A stretch of DNA of 64,000 bases from Octopus bimaculoides (Eukaryota): NCBI RefSeq assembly GCF_001194135.2, contig NC_069004.1:13019278-13083277 (forward strand), written 5' to 3'. The translations under genes were made by a program, and so were the position numbers. A model generated the notes under the pieces. That model was not told the origin of the DNA. It did no database searches and saw only the letters and a program-made list of their open reading frames with translations. Shown in pieces: positions 37,880 to 52,048 of the stretch; the first letter of the stretch is position 1, and every line of letters begins with the position of its first letter.

Positions 37880-38039
37880 CATAGTAGCTTGCTTACCAGC
37901 CACATGGCTCCGGGTTCAGTCCCACTGCGTGACACCTTGGGCAAGTGTCTTCTACTATAGACTTGGGCCGACCAAAGCCTTGTGAGCGGATTTGGTAGAC
38001 GGAAACTGAAAGAAGTCCGTTGTATATATGTATATATAC

Positions 38040-38071
<32 letters not shown>

Positions 38072-38280
38072 TAGTGTGTCTGTGTTTGTCCCCCCACCAT
38101 TGCTTGACAACCGATGCTGGTGTGTTTACATCCCCGTAACTTAGTGGTTTGGCTAAAGAAACAGATACAATAAGTACTAGGCTTGCAAAGAATAAGTCCT
38201 GGGGTCGATTTGCTCGACTAAAGGCGGTGCTCCAGCATGGCCACAGTCAAATGACTGAAACAAGTAAAAGAGTAAAAGAT
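37880..38280 (+). mobile_element. Abundant bipartite SINE, near full length
   Basis: GGTTCAGTCCCACTGCG..GGGCAAGTGTCTTCTACTATAG..GGATTTGGTAGACGGAAACTGAAAGAAG, (CA/TA)n spacer, tail ending GACTGAAACAAGTAAAAG. About 20 partial copies occur on both strands (e.g. ~950, 6715, 17625, 25360, 27290, 27490, 35020, 35290, 36765, 38695, 50090, 53500, 59545, 60190, 61435, 63270). Confidence 0.85.
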
Positions 38281-39010
38281 TATATATATATACAAATATA
38301 TATCTGGTGGAAATCAATTCACGACTGAGTAAGGTTACTTCCTAAAGTCAGTAAGTTTGTGCAAACATTCCAAGAGATGAGTGATGGAGAGATGAGTGAT
38401 GGAGAGATGATTGATAGAGAGATGAATGATGGAGGGGTGGGTGGTGGAGGAGGTGAGTGATGGAGGGGAGAATGATGCAAGGATGAACGATAAGGAAAGA
38501 AATGAAATGATATGAATATATTGCTTTTCAAGAAATTTGGTTTACAATAAGAAAGAAGCTATTTGTTCAATCTATGGCTCATTGTGGGCCAGATATTTTT
38601 CAACGCTTTAATACTAACCAGCTTCACACTGCCACTGGTTTTGTGATACAAAACTTGCTTGAAAAATGTTTATTTTTGAACAAAACAAAAAAAGAAACTT
38701 GCTTCCCAAACACATGGCTCCAGGTTCAGTCCCACTGCATGGTGCCTTGTGCAAGTGTCTTCTACTATAGCCTCAGGCTGATCAAGGCCCTGTGAGTGGA
38801 TTTGGTAGATGGAAACTGAAAGCAGCCCATCATGTATATATATATATATATATAAATATCATTACAGATATAGGGTAAAGGATTATTAATTTATTAATAA
38901 ATTAATAATTAATAAATTAATAATTAATAATTTTTACCAAGTAGTTTGGTATGTAAAAAACCATTATCGGTAAAGAACTTATATAAAAAAGTTCTTTTAA
39001 AATTATAAAC

Positions 39011-39223
39011 ATAATTAAGGGATCAGCAACAGTTGCTTCACCACATACCGAAATTTAGAAATAGCAGTTAAAGTGCTAATTCTACTACTAAAATAAGTCT
39101 CCAAAAGATAGCAATACTATTGCTATCTGTTGGAGACTTATTGTAGTAGTAGAATTAGTACTTTAACTGCTATTTCTAAATTTCGGTATGTGGTGAAGCA
39201 ACTGTTGCTGATCCCTTAATTAT
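39011..39223. repeat. 213-bp near-perfect palindrome
   Basis: 106-bp arms, 1-nt centre (39117), 3 mismatches. Confidence 0.95.
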
Positions 39224-40274
39224 ATATATATATATATATATATCTATGCAAATGTGTCTTAGTGCTTGTTCCCCACCACCATCACCTGCACTTGACAATC
39301 AGTGCTGGTGTGTTTATATCTCCATAACTTAATAGTTCAGCAAAAGAGACTGATAGAATAAGTACTAGGGTTTAAAAAAAAGGGTCCTGGGGTTGATTTG
39401 TTCGAGTAAAACCCTTCAAAGCAGAGCCCCAGCATGGCTGCAGCCAAATAACTGAAACAAGTGAAAGATAAACAACAAAAGATCATAATTTTAGGTAAGA
39501 ACTCATTAAGTTACGTTCCCAAAACCAGCTTAATAATGAGGAAGTTGGTTAATTCACTAAATATTTTCTAAATCCTTGATTACTTACAAAATTATTTGCA
39601 ATACATAAGAGAGAATATTCCATTAGAAAAATGGTGATGGAAAGTTTAAAGATACAGGATAGATATGATGGTGGAGTTCCTAAGTTTGTAAGTCAGTCAT
39701 GTGTAGCTTTAAGATTTTTAGTTCGTTTAGCAATTGGACATTGCAGTAGAGTTGTGCATCTTTTATTTTTTATCTTTTACTTATTTCAGTCAATGGACTG
39801 CAGCCATGCTGGAGCATTGCCTTGAAGAATTTTAATTGAACTTGTTGACCACCCCCAGTAGTTATTATTATTAGTAATGGGCTTTCAGTTTCTGTCTACC
39901 AAATTCACTCACAAGGCTTTCGTCAGCCTGAGGCTATAGTAGAAGACACAGTGAGATTGAACCTGAAACCATGTAGTTGGGAAGGAAACTTAGATAGCCA
40001 AGATGGATTTTTATGTTTGTTTGTTTTTTTGTCATGAGAAAGGTACCCTTAAACAAGAGATCTGGCCTACATGCTTTCAACAGAGCAGATTCCACAAAAG
40101 CCACCCAAGGATCAAGTGGTGGTGTTAGACTGGGCAACAGATTAAATTTACCACCAAATAGGCTGAAGTGGGATTTGAACTTAGAATGCAAAAATCTAGA
40201 ATGTATTACTGCAAGGCAACCTGTTTGATGCTCAAATGACTCTGCCAGTTCATTCTACACAAGTAATTTATGTA

Positions 40275-41496
40275 CTGGGTATTTGGGGTACATTTGATGA
40301 TTTGTTATGTCTCCATTTTTCTGAAATACCTTGAAGTATTGGTAAATAGTCAATGGTGTTGGAGAGCATAAGGATTAAAGTTGTAGTTGAGAAAAAGTTA
40401 GCTGATATGGAAAACTGGAAGCCATTTGAATACTGGAAAAGAGTTATCTGTATCAAGATGATTTGTGCCAGGTATCAAAATACAAACACCATGACTGCTG
40501 CTCTAAGCTCTGTGAATACCGTAAAGGCTGTAAGACATGACATGAACAGCTGCAATGGAGACTATGGAACTGTAGCTAGCAGGAAGGGACACAGCAGGTG
40601 ATCTGACTGGGTCCAAACACTTGGATTCATCCGAAATTGCAGGACAAGTGGATGGAAGATCCAAGCAATGGAATCCATTGCTTGGCAAGAGAGACGATTA
40701 TTGAAGTCACCATGATGAAGCTAGTCCTGAATGACAACCAAGGCCAAGGAAACTCGCTTGACAAACGCAAAGAAGCTGAGGCGTCCTGTTGAGCTGAGGA
40801 TAATCTGTTTCTTCTCAGATGAAAAGAACTTCTGCCTAGACTAGATGAGCATTGCTCAGAACAACAATCCATGTGGTATTTCAATTATTATAAAAACTAA
40901 GTCCTCCCAAATTGTGATGGTTTTTGGGTGCCTCTCCAGTGAAGGTGACGTCATGCTACCCTACATCTTTGAAGAGAGCCTAAGGCTCAATTGAGACGGC
41001 TATGTGAAGCTACTGGAGACTGTGGTCAAACCCTGGCTGCAGTGCATTTGAACTGAAAGGCCATATGTGTGGCAGCAGGATTTGGCTCCATGCCATACTG
41101 CTGGAAAGAGCCAGAAATAGTTTTTGGAGGATTTCTACAACTTCACCCGCCCCAATTTCTGGCCTTCTAATTCCTCCAATTGTAATCCTATGGATTGCTA
41201 TGCATGGGGCATAGTAATTATTCTGCCTGCAACGCCAAGGCTGAGTTGGAGGCCAAGATCAAAAAGGTGTTTATAGATCTTCCCAGGGACACAGGGAAGG
41301 ATGCATGTGCCAGATTCAGGAGTCATTTTAAAGCCATTGTGGAATCTGAGGGTGGCTACTTTGAGTAAACCGTTATCTCCCAGCCATAATCTAGTTGATA
41401 TATTTTAATTTTTAAAAATACTTTTATTTTTGGATGGCATATTGTGTTTTCCTTTCATTTTATGCAAACTGTCAAATTTAACCTGAACACTTTCTG
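40275..41496 (+). mobile_element. Tc1/mariner superfamily (maT/DD37D-like) relic, copy 2
   Basis: Colinear with 28057-29313 (shared TTCTTCTCAGATGAAAAGAACTT, GTGTGGCAGCAGGATTTGG, CCCAGCCATAATCTAGTTGATAT). Confidence 0.8.
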
Positions 41497-42350
41497 TTGA
41501 ATCTGGAAGTAAACAAGCAAAGTCATTCAGGGTGAGATTTGAACATGAAATGCTAAAATTTGAAATAAATACTGCAAGTCATTTTGCCGGATGCCCTAAC
41601 GATGCTACCAATGTCAAATAACCTTTATATTTTGAGTGCAGTTTATCTTTTAATCCATCCAAGGTTGATAAAATAAGTAAGTTCATCCATTATCATGGGT
41701 ATAGCTTAGAGTTAGAAGGGTTCTCTCAAGCTTACTCTCTCTAGACACACACAGACACACACACAAAATACATTTCAAATGGTGATCCCACAAGCCAAGA
41801 GAACATAGGGCAAATATTGCTACAACCACAACATTGCCCAATGCATTACATACAGGACAATCTCCAATGTAATATAGAACATTAACCCCAGACTAAATCC
41901 TAACAAATAGAATACAGGCCCTCCATTAACAACCACCATTATAGTAACTACACACCAAAACACTGTTTAATATTGTTATCACTATGTAACATTTTGTACT
42001 AATCTATAGCTTGAAATGTTTTACTTTTATGCTTGGTGATGGTGGTAGGAGTGGTGCCTTTTTCTTCTTCTCTGTCTTTATCCTTTCTTTCTTCTTTGAA
42101 TGAGAAGGTTGTTTGTCCATTCGGTCAGGATGGAGTAGACAGCTTTATCTAATTTTACTGAGAGGAAATGTTTTTCACCCATAAACCATCATGCGTACAT
42201 ATGCTGAGAAATCAATTAAGAAATAATTCTAACACACCACTCTTTCATGTGTGAGAGGGAAGAAGAAAAAAAAAGATTATATAAAAGACATTACCCTTCA
42301 AAAACATTAAAAGACAAGTTGTGTGTTGCACTTGTTGCAAACATAAAGAA

Positions 42351-42385
<35 letters not shown>

Positions 42386-42431
42386 AGACTGAACTTCATG
42401 TTCATACATGTTTACCTTTTTTCCTTGTCCT

Positions 42432-43432
42432 ATATACATACATACATATACATACATATAAATACATATATATATGCATACATATACATATATATATAAA
42501 TATACATACATATATATATACATATACATATATATAAATATACATACATATATATATACATATACATATATATAAATATACATACATATATATACATATA
42601 TATACATACATATATACATACATATATATATACATACATATATACATACATATATATATATACATACATATATATATATACATACATATATACATACATA
42701 TATATATATACATACATATATACATACATATATATATATATATATACATACATATATACATACATATATATATATATACATACATATATACATACATATA
42801 TATATACATACATATATACATACATATATATATATATACATACATATATACATACATATATATANNNNNNNNNNNNNNNNNNNNNNNNNNNNNNNNNNNN
42901 NNNNNNNNNNNNNNNNNNNNNNNNNNNNNNNNNNNNNNNNNNNNNNNNNNNNNNNNNNNNNNNNNNNNNNNNNNNNNNNNNNNNNNNNNNNNNNNNNNNN
43001 NNNNNNNNNNNNNNNNNNNNNNNNNNNNNNNNNNNNNNNNNNNNNNNNNNNNNNNNNNNNNNNNNNNNNNNNNNNNNNNNNNNNNNNNNNNNNNNNNNNN
43101 NNNNNNNNNNNNNNNNNNNNNNNNNNNNNNNNNNNNNNNNNNNNNNNNNNNNNNNNNNNNNNNNNNNNNNNNNNNNNNNNNNNNNNNNNNNNNNNNNNNN
43201 NNNNNNNNNNNNNNNNNNNNNNNNNNNNNNNNNNNNNNNNNNNNNNNNNNNNNNNNNNNNNNNNNNNNNNNNNNNNNNNNNNNNNNNNNNNNNNNNNNNN
43301 NNNNNNNNNNNNNNNNNNNNNNNNNNNNNNNNNNNNNNNNNNNNNNNNNNNNNNNNNNNNNNNNNNNNNNNNNNNNNNNNTACATACATATATATATATA
43401 TACATACATATATATATATATACATACATATA

Positions 43433-43503
<71 letters not shown>

Positions 43504-43790
43504 ATACATACATATATATATATACATACATATATACATACATACATATATATATATATATATCTACATACATACATATATATATATACACATATATATA
43601 TATACATACATATATACATATACATATATATACACATACATATACACACATATATACACATACACACATATATACATATACACACATATATACATATACA
43701 CACATATATACATATACACACATATACGTATATACATATACATATATATATACATATATGCATATATACGTATATGTATGCCCAGAGCAT
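42432..43790. repeat. Compound (TA)n/(TACA)n microsatellite spanning an assembly gap
   Basis: Direct inspection; source of the long spurious Y/I/C/V/M ORFs. Confidence 0.95.
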
Positions 43791-43794
43791 GCTC

Positions 43795-44290
43795 TGGGCA
43801 TTCTTTCAACCAATGAAAGCAAATATTCAGTGGTAATATTTTGCCTCTCCTCTTGTAAGAGTGTCCAGAGGGTTTCTGCACTCCTTGATTGTCACTTTTT
43901 CCCTCTGCGATCCAAGTCATTCCACACAATTTTGATTGGATTGCAATCAAGGGATTGGGCTGGCGATTTCATTACAGTCAACATGTTGTAGGAGACATGT
44001 TAGCTTCATTGGCTTCACTTAGTTGTGCAACAATTTCATTTGCTGTCTGGCATCTGTTTCGAAGACTGGTGACTCTTTTGAACTTATCCTGTGATTTAGA
44101 ACTTACTTTTGGATGACTTGAGTGAGCTCTGTCGTTATTTTTTCCTGTTTCATGATACCTTACAATGGTGGAGTGGACAGCAGTGTAGGGAATTTTAACT
44201 TTTTTGGCTATATCCCGTAAACTATGTTTAGTCCCTTGTGGGCAGTAAAGAAATAACACATACACACACACGAATATTTCATGTTATGCT
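43795..44290 (-). mobile_element. Tc1-like transposon, internally deleted
   Basis: SLRDIAKKVKIPYTAVHSTIVRYHETG..D..S.HPKVSS (HTH) joined to [14 protein letters not shown] and [12 protein letters not shown] (C-terminus). Confidence 0.8.
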
Positions 44291-44984
44291 ATGAAATGGT
44301 GCACACAACCAGAATCTTTTTATTCAAGTCAAATATAACAAACTACTCCAAATTATTGTTGGAGAATCTGCATAAGTGGAGTCTAGATTGGTTAGTTTGT
44401 ACTGGCATTGAGTTGTATAAGTTGTAATAATGAAATCAAACCAAATAGCGATATTTTGAGATCATTTAATATGCATGTTTCAGGTTTGTGTATTATCTAA
44501 TATATAATAGGAAATGCATCCATTACATAAACCTTTCTCAGTTAAAAGCATTTCAAAACATATTTAAGGGATGACCAACACCCTCCCAATATAAACAGGT
44601 GAAAAACCTGTAAATAATACCAACCTGCCGACTAACTAATCCTTACCACATACTTACATTCTTTTGTTGACCCCTAAAAGCTGACATATCAAGTAACACC
44701 TAAATACAAAGATCAAAACACTAGACTGAATTCTAAAATTTAACTTTTAAATTCTCAAAACAAAAGGTAAATATCCCATTAATATATAAATAAAACCAAC
44801 AACAACCACACCAAGTGAGGAATCTTCTGTCTGAGAATCTAACTACATTCTATTGTGAACACCTATGACCCGAAGATGATGCACATAAAAATACACACTT
44901 AAATACACACTACATGTAGGAATAAATTCTAGCAATTAGCACTTCCCCAAATTTAATCAATAAAAATTCTCCATAGGTGCATGT

Positions 44985-45424
44985 GTAGTTGAGTGGTAAG
45001 AAGCTTGCTGCCCAACCACATGGCTCTGGGTTCAGTCCCACTACATAGAACCTTGGACAAGTGTCTTCTACTATAGCCTTGGGCTGACCAAAGCCTTGTG
45101 AGCGGATTTGGTAGATGGAAACTGAAAGAAGCCTGTCATATATATTCTTTTATATGATTCAGCCATGAGGCTGTGGCCATGCTGGGGCACCGCCATGTAT
45201 ATATTCATGCGTGTCTTTGTGTTTCCCTCACCACCACTGCTTGACAATTGATACTGGTGTGCTTATGTCCCTGTAACTTAGCAGTTTGGCAAAGAGACCA
45301 ATAGAATAAGTACTAGGCTTACAAAGAATAAGTCCTGGGGTCGATTTATTCGACTAAAACCATTTAAAGCAATGCTCCAGCATGGCCACAGTCAAATGAC
45401 TGAAACAAGTAAAAGGATAAAAGA
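44985..45424 (+). mobile_element. Abundant bipartite SINE, near full length
   Basis: Colinear with 37880-38280. Confidence 0.85.
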
Positions 45425-45544
45425 ATATCATGGCCACCACAACTTATGATACAACGTAATTATCATTCAACAGAACTCAGGTAACTCTAGAAGATTTTTA
45501 ACTTAACAGAGACTACATAAAGGCAAAATGAACTTACATTAATT

Positions 45545-45589
45545 ACAGTCTGATGATGACTTAGCAAGCCAAAACTTCAAAGTCACTGT
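45545..45589 (+). ncRNA. Type I hammerhead ribozyme relic (G12 mutated)
   Basis: ACAGT-CTGATGA-T-GACTT agc AAGCC-AAAA-C ttcaaa G-TC-ACTGT: stem I 5 bp, stem II 4/5 pairs, short stem III, GUC triplet; GAAA reads AAAA. Confidence 0.6.
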
Positions 45590-45737
45590 CAATATTATTC
45601 TTGTTAGAGAATAATAAATTTGTACTGTACCAAATGTATTAAGTAATCCTGCAATTTAATGTAAAATTGTTTTTATTATAACATAAAAACAAACATTTAC
45701 ACACACACACATTATTTTCCCCTTTTTCTTGTCCTTT

Positions 45738-45769
<32 letters not shown>

Positions 45770-47538
45770 CCACACATATATCTATATCTATATATATATA
45801 TATATAAGGAGAATTCACAAAAAAAACAACAGATGAAGACAGGTAGTGTAGAAAACAAACAGATGTATTAGTATAACGCTTGGGAATAGAGAAAGTCTTT
45901 GAAGTTTTGAGCCTAAGCTCTTTAACAGAAAGGAACACAGAAATAAACAAGGAGAGAAACACGGAGAGAAAAAAAAATGTGTGTAGTGGTCAGCGATCTA
46001 TCATGGCGAATGCTGGACAGAAGGGATTACACAGGAGAGCTAAGAAGAAGGGGAAATAGGATGGCTAAAAGTCATCTGACAGAAAATCAAAACCATTTAA
46101 TTCCAAGATTTATTTATGCTTAACAACTGAATGAATTTAATAAAAATCATCTACATATGAAACATCATGAAAATTGTTCAAACTGAAGTCCTTCTTGAGC
46201 AACACATTTTTCCATTCAAGTCAATACAGAATTACAGATAATATTTATGGAATTTTGATTTACTGTCGAGTGACTTCTGGCCAACCCTGTATATATNNNN
46301 NNNNNNNNNNNNNNNNNNNNNNNNNNNNNNNNNNNNNNNNNNNNNNNNNNNNNNNNNATATATATACACAGGGTAAGCCAGAAGTCATGCACCATACCAT
46401 TTGACATTTTATTTATATTACATTATTAATATTCATTTTGTCCATCATGTACAAGTATATGAGTATTCATCGTTATTTTATTTATTTGATGTAATTTTAG
46501 AAAAATTGAAGCAGGTCTTTGACAATTCCAGAGTGTTTTCAACTTATTTTGTGTGTGACTTTTGACCCACTCTGTACGTAAGTACATCGTGCATGCATAC
46601 ACACATACATACATACGATACATACATACATACATACATACACACACTTTTATATATACACATTCATACACACACACACAGACATACATACAAACATAAA
46701 CTAAAGTCAGTATGAAAAATTTTAGTGGATTTTTAACTTTTATGTCTTTTTGTCAGCACATTATCATCAATAAAATCATAGCAGAAATATATAATATACA
46801 AAAGGAGTAATTGTGTGTGTTATGATGATGATGATGATGACAATGTTAATCTAGTTGTTGTTAGTGTTGTAATGCTTGTTGCAGTAATGGAGCTGCAAAA
46901 GCTGGTAATTTAGGAGTGGACTTGGTCAATCAATTCCATTGTCCCAGGACGTATGATGCCTGAGTTTATGTGTGAATTATTCATATGTGAGTCCATAAGT
47001 AAATGAACACACATACACACACACAAACATGTACACATCATGCGTGCGCACACACACACACACACACACACACAAGTATATGGATCTTTGTCGGTTTCTA
47101 CAAGGCGTATACAGTTGTTCTATCAACTGAGCTAGGTTGGGTGAGTATTCCAGAGATGCATGTATCTTTAATGTAACTCTCAGCTCAAATCAACAAGACA
47201 CACTGAAATGCAACAAGACTGGCCTTTAAATCACAACTACAATCTATCTAACTGATGTTGGTATATTTACATCCCTGTAACTTTGCAGTTTGACAAAAGA
47301 AACTGATAGAATAAGTACCAGGCTTAAAAACGTATTGGGGTTGATTTATTCAACTAAAAATTCTTCAAGGTGGTGCCCTAGCATGGCCACAGTCTAATGG
47401 CTGAAGCAAGTAGAAGATAAAAGATATATAAAGGTAGACATAGACATTAGATACTGATTGTTGTGGTTAGCTGTTAACTAGAACTTAACCAAGAGCTAAT
47501 ATGGTATCCACTCAGGTAATATATCCCTCCAAACTCAC

Positions 47539-47580
<42 letters not shown>

Positions 47581-48678
47581 TTTGTTTTTATGTTATAATA
47601 AAAACAATTTTACATTAAACTGAACAATTACTCAATACTTTTGGTAGAATACTATTTACAGGGACATAAATACACCAACACTGGTTGTCAAGCGATGGTG
47701 GGAAATAAAGATAAAAACAAACACACAGATATATATATATATATATATATGACTTCAAAGTTTCAACCAGTTAAGCCATCATTTGACACGTGCGTGTGCG
47801 TGCACACACATATATATATTCGTATATAGAATGCATATATATCTACACACTTAAATAGAGACAGACATTGCACATACATACAAATACATACACACATACT
47901 TATATGCATGTATAGACACATATATATATATATATAGATATACAAACATTACATGCATATACAGGCCTCCACACACAGCTTTTCCTTTCTCTTGATGAGT
48001 TTTTATATTCATACATGTATAGAATATGTATGTACACATACCTCTATCTGCAGTCATGCACTTGCGGGGACACACACACACTCTCTTTCTCTATCTGTCT
48101 GTATCTCACTCTAAAACACAAGATAGAGGAAATTCAGAAATATACTTCTGAAGCAACCATAAATTATTTTAGAGAAAAATAAAAGTTACATCGTAAATTA
48201 GTGTTTTATTGTTTTTAAATAGAATTTCTTTTATATATTTTTTAAAAAAAGCTTCCCACAAAGGAGTCAATAAGAAAGAATATAAGTGTGCGTGCACGTG
48301 TGTGTTTGTGTATATATGGATGCACACATGCATACACACAACACATGCACACAGAGGAACACTCATAAATATTATGGCAGAACGACATATATAAATAGAT
48401 AGATAGATGCATACATACAAAGGCACAGAGAAAGTGTGAGGCATACACACCCAAATGTGCACATGTAAATGCAGATTAAAAAAAGATATATATATAAATG
48501 TATATAAGAGCAACAAGAAAGAATATTAAAGTATAAAACAAATTTATTATTTAACGTTTTCAAAATAGAATTTTAATAGTCTATTTGTATTCACTGACTT
48601 CATTATTTGAAGCATAATTTATTATTTTTTAAGCATTTCTTTATAATTATATTACACACAATACAGAACACACACACA

Positions 48679-48716
<38 letters not shown>

Positions 48717-48718
48717 TA

Positions 48719-48749
<31 letters not shown>

Positions 48750-51653
48750 GCATGTAAATTTCAAGAAGTTGTTTTGCTAAAAATTGGTAATGCTTTGCAA
48801 TATCTTCTGACATTTATCTTGAAGACAATATGTTGTGCTGCCTTAAAAGAAAACAAGGGAAAAAGACTGGTTACAGGATTTATTTTCTCAGCAACTAGGA
48901 GGGGGCTCCCTGAATAGAAGGTAAATAAATGAATGAGATAGCAGCAATGAAGTTAGAACCAGTTAGAATAATACCCCAGTTAGGGGTAGCTATTTCTAGT
49001 TTACTTAACACATATACCACAAGATTATGGGTTAGCATTAGTTAGATATGAAATCCAACCAACAACTCTACTCAGAATCTGGGAGGCATCCTAGTATGAT
49101 TTGGGAGCGCCAGCTCAAACTAATTGGCCATGTTGCTTGATTTTCTGAGTTAGATCCTGCTTACTGTGTTTTCTTCATTGAGGATCCCGCCGGGTTGATG
49201 GCTCATGTCGGTTGACCAGACCACACACCACATGGTATGAGGAGGTATATCGCAAAGATGAGAACTGACTAGGACTCTGCTCGAGGGGTCACCTGGGAGG
49301 ACCCAGGAATATACCGAGAAATGGTGAATGCAGCAACACACTTCAACAGTGCATGCTTCCTAACCCCAAATCTGATCTGATCTGATCTGATATACATGAT
49401 ACCATTAGGAAAAGACTGAAGATCACATGTCCTTATTATAACAGATGTGTTATAGAATTAAAACCTATTCTTTCAAAACACTTAAAAATGTCCCTGCTGT
49501 ATAGAATGATTGCGAAGGTGGTGTCCTGGCTGGATGGTTAAAATATTTGCTTTACAGACATGTGATTTCAGGTTCAATCCCACTGCACAAAACCCAGAGT
49601 AAACATGTGTGTTCAGGCTTGGCCCCATTGTACAACACCTTGAGTAAATGTTTTCTACTATAGACCAAACGCATGACCAAAGCATTGTTAGAGGGTTTGG
49701 TAGACAGAAGCTGAAGGAAGCCTGTTGTGTGTGTGTGTGTGTGTGTGAGTGTGCTTGTTCTGATATCATGTACTAGTTGTAAACAAATATCACCATCACT
49801 TAAGTGGTGTCATTTATTTGCAATCCTTTGGGAAAATATCTCTGACCACTGTGCATTTCTTGTTTGAAGGGGTAGGGGAAACATTAGTTTGTTTGGGAAC
49901 AGGTCAGTACTTTCATCTGAGTTATGCAAGAATGGGAAAAGTGGATGTTAAAATGAGGATGACAACTGTTACTGCTGCTGTTACTGCTACTACTTCAAGA
50001 AATGAGTGAGTCTATACATAATCACTAAGGCTGTTAGAAACAGCAGCCAAATCTGCCTCAAATTATACCCTACTAAAGAAGAAAAGGCACAGGTGAGGCT
50101 GTGTGGTAAGAAGTTTGCTTCCCAACCACATGGTTCCAGGTTCAGTCCCCCTGTTTGGCACCACATGGTTCTGGGTTCAGTCTCACTGCATAGCACCTTG
50201 TGCAAGTGTCTTCTACTATAGCCTTGAACCAACCAAGGCCACGTGAGTGGATCTGGTAAATGGAAACTGAAAGAAGCTCATCGTGTGTGTGTGTCCCCAC
50301 TGCTTGACAATTGGTGCGTGTTTGTTTTCATCCTTGGTAAAAGAGACTTATAGAATAAGTACAAGATTTTAAAAAAGAAAAGTACTAGAGATGATCTGTT
50401 GAAATAAACCTTTCAAGATAGTGCTCCAGTATGGCCACAGTCCAACAACAGAAACAAGACAAAAGATACAGAAATGCAGACAATCGCACATTCAGAAACA
50501 CATAAAGTGTTGTGCATACACACGTAACAGAAGCAAACAGGCAAACATTGAGGGAACCTTATATTTAATTAACAAGGTTAACATTAACCTTACACTTCCA
50601 ATGTATTTTCTATACAGAGCCAATCTGACAAAATGCCAACCCACTCCACTGACTGGCACCTGTTTCAGACTTCCTTTTCCATGTCTGGCTGTTTACTGGG
50701 GTGTGACAGCTACTGGAGAATTTAATCTAAAGAAACTATTCCACCACTGCCACCACCGCCACCGCCACCACCACCACCACCACCACCACCACTACCACCA
50801 CCAATAATGTTTTCAGATTTTGGCACAAGGCAAGCAAATTCAAGGAGGAGGATAAGTCAATTACATTGACCCCAGCATTCAACTGGTACTTACTGAACTC
50901 AGAATGCAAAGATGGACGAAATGCACTAAGCATTTTGCCTGGTGTGCTAACGATTCTGATTTCTTTATTGCCCACACGGGGCTAAACATAGAGGGGACAA
51001 ACAAGAACAGACAAAGGGATTAAGTCGATTACATCGACCCCCAGTGTGTAACTGGTACTTAATTTATCGACCCTGAAAGGATAAAAGGCAAAGCCGACCT
51101 CTGTGGAATTTGAACTCAGAATGTAACGGCAGACGAAATACCACTAAGCATTTTGCCCGGCATGCTAACGATTCTGCCAGCTCGCCACTATTACCAATAA
51201 CAAGAATGATTTCTGATTTAGGCAAAGTCGATCTGAACTTAGATTGTAAAGGGTCAGAGAAAATACCACACAGCAGTTGGTCACATCTGAGAATCCAGCA
51301 GGAAAGTGTAATGATGGATGTTGCTGATAGGACCCAGTCAAGGAGGTACCAGAGGACTATTCCATGACCCTTCCAGGAATGGTGGGTACCAAAAATGGCT
51401 GAATAGATAATACTAATTATTATAATTGTTTCCAATTGAAACACAAGGCCAGCAATTTTGAAGAGAAGGTACTTTATTTCTATGCATTTGTTTTGCAAGA
51501 TTCTTGATATGAAATCGTGTATTGAAACAGATATTGTTATATTTGGGGATGGTCATCTTTTGCCAATTAGACACATGCATTATTTATTTGCTCTTCACTT
51601 TAGTTTTATTATTATTATTATTATTATTTTAATTAAAAAATTTTTTTTTTTAG

Positions 51654-51805
51654 TTTATTAAAGTTCTTTCGTCACACATCCTGTGACCTCTTCAATGACT
51701 TATATCCCAGAAGGTCAAAATGGAATAGGCAGGACAAGGGGAGACATATGGGATAGAAAGTCACTGAAGAGGTCACAGGATGTGTGATGAAAGAACTTTG
51801 ATAAA
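51654..51805. repeat. MITE-like hairpin (~152 bp)
   Basis: ~55-bp arms TTTAT[T/C]AAAGTTCTTTC[G/A]TCACACATCCTGTGACCTCTTCA[A/G]TGACTT..TATCCCA. Confidence 0.85.
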
Positions 51806-52048
51806 GAATCTAATAATAATAATAATAATAACAAAGACAAAGTGAAGATCAAATAAATAGTGAGTGTATTTAACTGGCAAAAGATGACCATCCCCAAGTA
51901 TAAAAATATTGTATTTTATTAACTTGAAAGGTAAAGTTGACCTGACCAGTATTTGAAGTCAGAATATAAAGAATCAGAACAAGGTGGGAGGTGAGAGGTT
52001 ACAGGTTGCCAGTGAGGATGTAATGCTAGAACAGTGTTTGTAGTTAGT

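Noticed and set aside
42245-43822. Long ORFs of Y/I/C/V/M (also ~6663, 23673, 30176, 47763 and others)
   Set aside because: Translations of (TA)/(CA)/(TACA) microsatellites, often running through N-gaps.
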